A stretch of DNA of 64,000 bases from a virus (lineage: Duplodnaviria > Caudoviricetes): the IMG/VR virus record IMGVR_UViG_3300042970_000025. One strand, written 5' to 3'. The number at the start of each line of letters is the position of its first letter. Position 1 is the first letter of the stretch. The position numbers and the translations under genes were made by a program. Shown piece by piece: positions 58,938 to 64,000 of this stretch. Under the pieces are notes generated by a model. It had not been told where the DNA came from. It searched no databases and was given only the letters and a program-made list of their open reading frames with translations.

Positions 58938-59441
58938 TTATTTGTTGCGGTATTCCTTGAATTCGTCGCGGAATTTTTTCATTTCATCAGCGAATGTTCT
59001 TTGCTTGCGGCCGAGGATATTTGCGACTTTGCGGTCGGAAATGTCCGCTGGATTATCTTTCCAGATTTGAATGATCTGGTCCGCGTCCGGATCGATCTCA
59101 TGTAGACGCTTGATGAGCCGTTCCAGCAGATCACGATCGGCCGTGATTTCTTCCGGCGTTGGTACATCGCTGGGAATGTAGTCCTCGAGGGTACCTTCGC
59201 CGTCGGGGAGTAGATCATCAAGTGAGATGGTGTTCTGATTATGAAATTCACAATCGAAGCACATGCCATCGCAGAGCCACCATTTGCTGCGCGGGCAGAA
59301 GCATTCTCCGCGATACTGCATGCGTTTCCTCAGTGCCGTGCGCCAGCGGTCGTACTCGCGATACTGGTCCTCCGGGATTTCGTACCACTGCTTGGTGGTC
59401 TTGTCGTAGATGCGTTTACTCTGATTGTCATTGGTTTTCAT
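58938..59441 (-). CDS. Sigma-70 region-4-like HTH protein with Cys cluster
   Basis: C.CP...WW.CDG.C.DC.F, ISLD, ISDRKVANILGRKQRTF; MKTND start after GGAGG. Confidence 0.7.
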   Translation of the reverse strand: MKTNDNQSKRIYDKTTKQWYEIPEDQYREYDRWRTALRKRMQYRGECFCPRSKWWLCDGMCFDCEFHNQNTISLDDLLPDGEGTLEDYIPSDVPTPEEITADRDLLERLIKRLHEIDPDADQIIQIWKDNPADISDRKVANILGRKQRTFADEMKKFRDEFKEYRNK

Positions 59442-59448
59442 GTGCGAA

Positions 59449-59736
59449 TACCTCCTGTTCGCTGGTCCCGAACCGGAGGTAAATCGCAAAAAGAGCATGA
59501 CTGACCTGTCCGGAACGGGAAAACTTCTCGTTACGAATGGGCCAGCCATGCTCGTAGGCTGGGTTTGTTTAGCTTTCTTCTCACCTCTGCTCGAGCCACC
59601 TCTGCATGCCTGGGTGAACAGGTGTGAGAAAGAGGCTTTTACCGTCATCCTCAGGACAAAAACAAAAAAAACCGGCAGGCAGTTATCTCTAAGCAAAAGG
59701 GAAAACTTCCTATTGCTTTTGATATCTGTCTGCCGG
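59449..59736 (-). promoter_or_regulatory. Structured 5' leader: two terminator-like hairpins (59664-59736, 59488-59553) and SD-sequestering hairpin (59449-59481)
   Basis: Inverted repeats each followed by U-tracts on minus strand. Confidence 0.65.
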
Positions 59737-59859
59737 ATTCTTCACGGTGCTCTGCGCTGTTGCGCTGCCGAGTTCAATACTTCGTGCAAACTTGTGATGC
59801 AGCCAGGCTCTTCGCGGTTCTCTGCCGGGTTCAGCTCAGATGCTGCAACAATCCCAATA

Positions 59860-60051
59860 TTATTTTTTCAGATGGGCGGGTGATTTGGTGGAATGCCTAA
59901 GAATCTCAACCGTTACTTTTCCATCCATGATTTCATAGTTAAGTAGGGCCCCGCATTTTGGGCAGGACGTTTCAGTGTTTGTCCCATCGCCGGAACGCCC
60001 CAGCTTATACCCGCATTCGGGGCAGGTGGTAAAGAGCTTCATTGTGATCAA
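59860..60051 (-). CDS. Small zinc-ribbon protein
   Basis: CPECG...CPKCG, follows lexA-like gene. Confidence 0.65.
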   Translation of the reverse strand: MITMKLFTTCPECGYKLGRSGDGTNTETSCPKCGALLNYEIMDGKVTVEILRHSTKSPAHLKK

Positions 60052-60064
60052 TCCCCCAATCTGT

Positions 60065-60670
60065 TCAATTTATGTTTTTTAACACATTTACGGCTATGCC
60101 CTGGATAATGCAGTGCTCAACATAGATGTCATTCATCTCCTTATTTTCTGGATGAAGGCGGATGAGCTTTTTCTCAGGCTCCGGATAAAAACGTTTTAAG
60201 GTTGCATCTTCATCGATCAGAGCAACAACAATCTGTCCAGGCTCTGCTGCGTTTTGCTTTTTGATGAGAACTAGATCGCCGTTATTGATTCCAGCATCGA
60301 TCATAGAATTGCCTTTTGCGTGAAGCAGAAAGAAATCGCCTTTGCCGAAAAGGGAAACCGGTAAGGGGATATATTTTTCGATATTGCCTTCAGCGTACTT
60401 CGGGATGCCGCAGGCAATGCTTCCAAGAAGCGGGACTAACACAGTGGACTCTTTTTCTTCTTTCATTTTCGGTGTTATGATTCCCCGATGTCCTTTATAT
60501 TCGATCTTGCCTTCTTTGCGAAGGTCCTGCAGGTAGCGGGAGACCGTAGCGGTAGAAACACCTGTTCCTGATGCGATGATCCGGTTTGTTGGAGAAACTC
60601 CATGCTCTTCCCGGTAGTCATCAATAAAGGAAAGTAAGGTTTTATAATACTCCTGGCTCTTTAACTTCAA
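60065..60670 (-). CDS. lexA: LexA-like S24 repressor
   Basis: N-terminal wHTH (SPT.R.IA), IACG cleavage site, GNSM Ser, ATLKRF Lys; TTG start after AAAGGAGG. Confidence 0.85.
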   Translation of the reverse strand: MKLKSQEYYKTLLSFIDDYREEHGVSPTNRIIASGTGVSTATVSRYLQDLRKEGKIEYKGHRGIITPKMKEEKESTVLVPLLGSIACGIPKYAEGNIEKYIPLPVSLFGKGDFFLLHAKGNSMIDAGINNGDLVLIKKQNAAEPGQIVVALIDEDATLKRFYPEPEKKLIRLHPENKEMNDIYVEHCIIQGIAVNVLKNIN

Positions 60671-60717
60671 CTCTTGTCCTCCTTTCTTAGCGTAAGAATA
60701 AGTACCTTGCATCTACT

Positions 60718-60745
60718 ATTATACGAACAAGCGTTCAGTCGTCAA
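60718..60745 (-). promoter_or_regulatory. lexA-like promoter containing a Firmicutes SOS box
   Basis: TTGACG-16 bp-TATAAT with GAAC-AAGC-GTTC at 60725-60736. Confidence 0.8.
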
Positions 60746-60975
60746 TATGGTAATTTTGCTATTCGGAAAACTGTCACTTTTTCCTTACACTTGAGAAGAT
60801 GTTGGGTAGATGGGCAGAAAAGGGTAGAAGCAAGTGCCTGAAAATCGCATCTTTATATAGTCCGCAAAATATAGACGCATTGTCGTGAAATTGCGACAGT
60901 TTATGTTTGCGGCCTCAGCTTTATGCTGATATACTATTATTTATTGAATATGCGTAAGAAATTGGAGGAGCCCAG

Positions 60976-61950
60976 ATGCCAAACGGGAACAGACAGAAAA
61001 TCAAGCTGCTGAAGCTCATGGAAATGCTTTACCAGCAGACCGATGAAGAGCATCCGCTTTCGACCAGCCAGTTAATGAAAAGACTAAATGATCTTGGAAT
61101 TAGCTGTGACCGCCGGACCCTTGGAAACGACATCGCCACCCTGAACGAGTACGGCTACGAGGTCTTAAGCTGCTACGTGGGCCATGAGAAAGGCTATTAC
61201 GTGGTCGACCGGACCTTTACCGTCCCGGAGCTGAAGATCCTGATCGATGCGGTCCAGGCAGCAGGCTTTATCACAGAGAAGAAGACAAAAGAATTCGTGG
61301 ACAAGATCGCAGGCCTTGGAGGAAGCCACCGGGCTGAGATCCTGAAAGGCAACATGGTCTGCTTCAACACAACCAAACACACGAACGAGGAGATCTACTA
61401 CAACATCTCCGAGCTCGAGAACGCGCTGCTTCATAAGAAGAAAGCCTCGTTCTATTACTTTGACCGGGACGAAAAGGGGCAGAAGGTCTACCGGCAAAAC
61501 AAGGAGCGCTACATCGAAAATCCGATGGCTCTGATCTACAACAATGACAGGTATTACCTGATGTGCTATTCCTTCAAGCATAACGGGATCTGCAATTACC
61601 GGATTGACCGCATGGAGCACGTCAACACAGAAAATGAAGACGTCGCTCCGGAAGCCATCATGGAGTCAGGTGACATCAGAGAATACACCGAGCAGGTCTT
61701 TAAGATGTACGGCGGCAAGGCCGAAGACCTCGTCCTGGAGTTTGATGACAAGCTGATCGGCGTGGTGCAGGATAAGTTCGGCGAAGGCACAAAGATGATC
61801 CGGACAGCCCCGGGCAAATGCACAGCTTCGATCAAAGTCCAGATCTCACCGACCTTCTGGGGTTGGCTCTTTCAGTTCGTCGGCCAGATGAAGATCCTGT
61901 CGCCGGAAACTTTGATGGAAGAGTACCGGCAGCGGGCGAAGATGGTATAA
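60976..61950 (+). CDS. HTH-WYL-WCX transcriptional regulator
   Basis: wHTH (CDRRTL..DI..L), P..L.Y.NDRYYL, YRIDRM, FWGWL.QF. Confidence 0.9.
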   Translation: MPNGNRQKIKLLKLMEMLYQQTDEEHPLSTSQLMKRLNDLGISCDRRTLGNDIATLNEYGYEVLSCYVGHEKGYYVVDRTFTVPELKILIDAVQAAGFITEKKTKEFVDKIAGLGGSHRAEILKGNMVCFNTTKHTNEEIYYNISELENALLHKKKASFYYFDRDEKGQKVYRQNKERYIENPMALIYNNDRYYLMCYSFKHNGICNYRIDRMEHVNTENEDVAPEAIMESGDIREYTEQVFKMYGGKAEDLVLEFDDKLIGVVQDKFGEGTKMIRTAPGKCTASIKVQISPTFWGWLFQFVGQMKILSPETLMEEYRQRAKMV

Positions 61951-61980
61951 TAAGGTTGACACGATGCGCAAATACGTTAG

Positions 61981-62055
61981 TGACTAAAACTTCCCACACC
62001 AATTATTGAATTTTCAAGGTTCAACACACCTTTACGGTGTGGGAAGTTTTAGTCA
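61981..62055. repeat. Perfect 20-bp inverted repeat with 35-bp spacer
   Basis: tgactaaaacttcccacacc / ggtgtgggaagttttagtca. Confidence 0.9.
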
Positions 62056-62056
62056 A

Positions 62057-62669
62057 GATGAGACCGTCCGTCTGCGCAGCAGGATCAATTTCCTGAAGAC
62101 GCAGAATGAAGGATACGATGAATCCCGATAGCTTGCCAATGAGACTAAAGACGCCAAGATCCGCATGGAGGACGCCAGAATGAGCCAGCTGGATACTGTT
62201 CAGACCATAATCAATCAGGAAATGGTTCGGATGAACGACTTTATATACGACGGGAAACAGTATGCTCCTGAGATCAAATTTTCAGATGCAAAGAATGGAA
62301 ATCCGAAGTACACCTTCGGCTGTGATTGGAATTCTGGCACAGGAGAAAATTATAAGAATCTCATCATTTTTGACCTGAGCGTATTCAAGACCACTGCGCT
62401 TCCGTTTATCGTTCATGACTCCCTGATCTTCAAGAACATAGTTGACCTGCCCCATTGACAAGATCATGCAGCTCTATGTAAACAGCGGGAAGCAGGTCTT
62501 CATATCGTTCGATAAGCATAAGGCGTTTCCGGAATATACAGCAAAGACAGTCTACGATACCCGCGTGATTGAGCTTCATAGCGACGGCGGAGAGCTGTTC
62601 GGATGGCCATGGGCGAAGAAGACAGAAAACGAGTCGGGCGAAGTGCCGTCAGAGGATGAAGAGAAATAA
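62057..62669 (+). pseudogene. Truncated DUF2326 (LmuB-like) ATPase C-terminus
   Basis: Aligns by eye to 6268-7911 (GTGENYK, IVHDSLIFKNI, KQVFISFD); TAG at 62129-62131, frameshift in C-run 62450-62453. Confidence 0.82.
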
Positions 62670-62685
62670 ACTGATGGAGTTGCGT

Positions 62686-63045
62686 ATGCGTATCAGTTAC
62701 AGACCCTTATGGGTAATACTTGCAGAACGGGAAATGTCAAAGAAGGATCTGCGGGAATTAAGCGGAATCAGCACAGCTTCCCTTGCGAAGCTCGGCAAAG
62801 GCGAAAACCTGATGACCGATGTGTTTTTGAAGATCTGCGAAGCATTAAACTGCAATATAAATGAAATTGTAGAAACGGTTCCGGATGATGATGAAAAGGG
62901 AGCCGCCAATAAACCGGAGGAAAAGAAGAATGCCACAAAGTACAAACAAGGCACTCAAAGAAGCGAGTCCTTACAAAGGCTCAGGGCAGTTAACAAGAGA
63001 GCGATTTTTGTTTCACGAAATGAGAACTACTGCCAGACTTATTGA
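62686..63045 (+). CDS. Cro/C1-type (Xre) HTH regulator, paralogue of 7915-8136
   Basis: ISYRPLW..LAEREMSKKDLRELSGISTASLAKLGKGEN; tail overlaps brxA. Confidence 0.82.
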   Translation: MRISYRPLWVILAEREMSKKDLRELSGISTASLAKLGKGENLMTDVFLKICEALNCNINEIVETVPDDDEKGAANKPEEKKNATKYKQGTQRSESLQRLRAVNKRAIFVSRNENYCQTY

Positions 63046-63565
63046 TGACGGCTTAGATAGAGATGCTGTAGTGGAAAAAATCATTTCAGAGAACTTGTTT
63101 CAGTATCCGACGGAAAAGTCTCTTCGCGATATTGCTCGTGGATGCCTGCGCAGATTAGATGCAATGGAAGACGATGTATTAATTTCGGCGATTGCATCAC
63201 AGCCGAGTGATACAGCAAAACAGATTTGCCTCTATGCCATGATGCGGCGGTACAGGCTGGTGTGGGATTTTATGATTACTGTCATTGGAGAAAAGTATCA
63301 GAAGCTCGACAGCTCGTTTGGTAGAGTAGATTTGAATACGTTTTTCACGCGGCTGCAAGAGCAGGATCTTTTAGTTGCCACGTGGAGTGACTCCACCATC
63401 GCCAAGGTTCGGCAGGTTCTGACGAATACGCTGGTGGAAAATGAATATCTGGACAGCATAAAGACGGACCACCTGAATCCGGTGCTGATCAGTCCGGTAC
63501 TTGAAAACGCAATCAGAAACGATGGTATGACACAGGTGCTGCCTGCATTTAACTGCATATCTTAG
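62930..63565 (+). CDS. brxA: BREX BrxA (DUF1819)
   Basis: LTRE.FLFHEMR, ENLFQY, LVWDFM..VI, WSDSTI.K; followed by brxB. Confidence 0.85.
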   Translation: MPQSTNKALKEASPYKGSGQLTRERFLFHEMRTTARLIDDGLDRDAVVEKIISENLFQYPTEKSLRDIARGCLRRLDAMEDDVLISAIASQPSDTAKQICLYAMMRRYRLVWDFMITVIGEKYQKLDSSFGRVDLNTFFTRLQEQDLLVATWSDSTIAKVRQVLTNTLVENEYLDSIKTDHLNPVLISPVLENAIRNDGMTQVLPAFNCIS

Positions 63566-63573
63566 GAGGAACG

Positions 63574-64000
63574 ATGAAGGATAATATCGATGAACGTCTG
63601 GACAGAGTGCGGGATCTATTGAGGGATCCGGATTTTCTGGAAGGTAATGGCTTGTCCAATGAAGTAAACATCAGGATGTTCTGCTATGAAGCGAAGAATG
63701 AGATGCGCGTTCGTCACTTCGTGCAGCAGATTTTGACAGACCAGACACTGCCGTGCCGTCTGAAGGAAAATAACCTGTATGAAATATTCCTGCAGTGCTG
63801 TGAGGATAAGAGGATTCTTTCCCGCATGGCGGATCAGGAGAAAAAGCGCGGGAAAGATCAGCTTCAAAAGATGATCGAGAAATCTATCAATGTGCAGGCC
63901 TATGTAGACAAGATCTGCAGCACGCCGCCGGAAAAGGGAGATGTCCTGCTTCTGACAGGCGTGGGAGATGTGTTCCCGTTCATGCGTATTCATATGCTTC
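63574..64000 (+). CDS. brxB: BREX BrxB (DUF1788), runs off window
   Basis: Hand translation: FLEGNGLSNEV...FCY, LLTGVGDVFPFMRIH. Confidence 0.85.
   Translation, partial: MKDNIDERLDRVRDLLRDPDFLEGNGLSNEVNIRMFCYEAKNEMRVRHFVQQILTDQTLPCRLKENNLYEIFLQCCEDKRILSRMADQEKKRGKDQLQKMIEKSINVQAYVDKICSTPPEKGDVLLLTGVGDVFPFMRIHML

Larger units (their letters stand above)
20373..64000 (-). mobile_element. Element 2: siphovirus prophage (core 21146-60670) with defence cargo continuing past window end
   Basis: Ordered lysis, tail, head, packaging, replication and control modules on minus strand. Confidence 0.9.

Noticed and set aside
59442-59883. N-terminal extension of the 252-aa ORF and the 152-aa plus-strand ORF
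   Set aside because: A strong RBS precedes ATG 59441 and the region is dominated by hairpins and U-tracts, so a non-coding leader fits better.
17759-62131. Amber recoding suggested by two in-frame TAGs
   Set aside because: TAG ends intact genes here (39411, 30240, 63565), and the second TAG is in a gene that is also truncated and frameshifted.

Overview
Firmicutes-type (Clostridia-like) accessory DNA made almost entirely of mobile elements, apparently two related elements in tandem. Element 1 (window start to ~20.37 kb, left end outside the window) has a minus-strand phage-like replication module (PriCT-2 primase/helicase, DEAD helicase, SSB-like, AAA ATPase, Gp157, sigma-like HTH). Its plus-strand defence cargo is an ABC-three-component/Lamassu-like operon, an Xre HTH, SNF2 helicase-DUF4391-Type III Mod-Res, and a GmrSD split by an amber codon. 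At ~20373 lies an orphan copy of the rlmD/rumA 3' end (HVETVALMSKKK*), the probable att junction. Element 2 (~20.4 kb to beyond the window end) is a near-complete minus-strand siphovirus prophage: serine recombinase cluster, lysin/holin, tail, HK97-type head, terminase, methylase, RelB/YafQ TA, primase, PolA, sigma-like factor and LexA-like repressor. It is followed by a WYL regulator, a truncated second Lamassu-like ATPase, an Xre HTH and the start of a BREX locus. The most unusual signals are regulatory and shared by both elements: a structured RNA leader (terminator, SD-sequestering hairpin, anti-anti-SD) in front of a sigma-like gene, and element-specific promoter-like repeats with identical spacing. 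In element 1, a Lamassu-like effector whose HNH lacks its catalytic histidines sits where the repressor/activator would be. All family calls come from motif recognition by eye; no searches were run.
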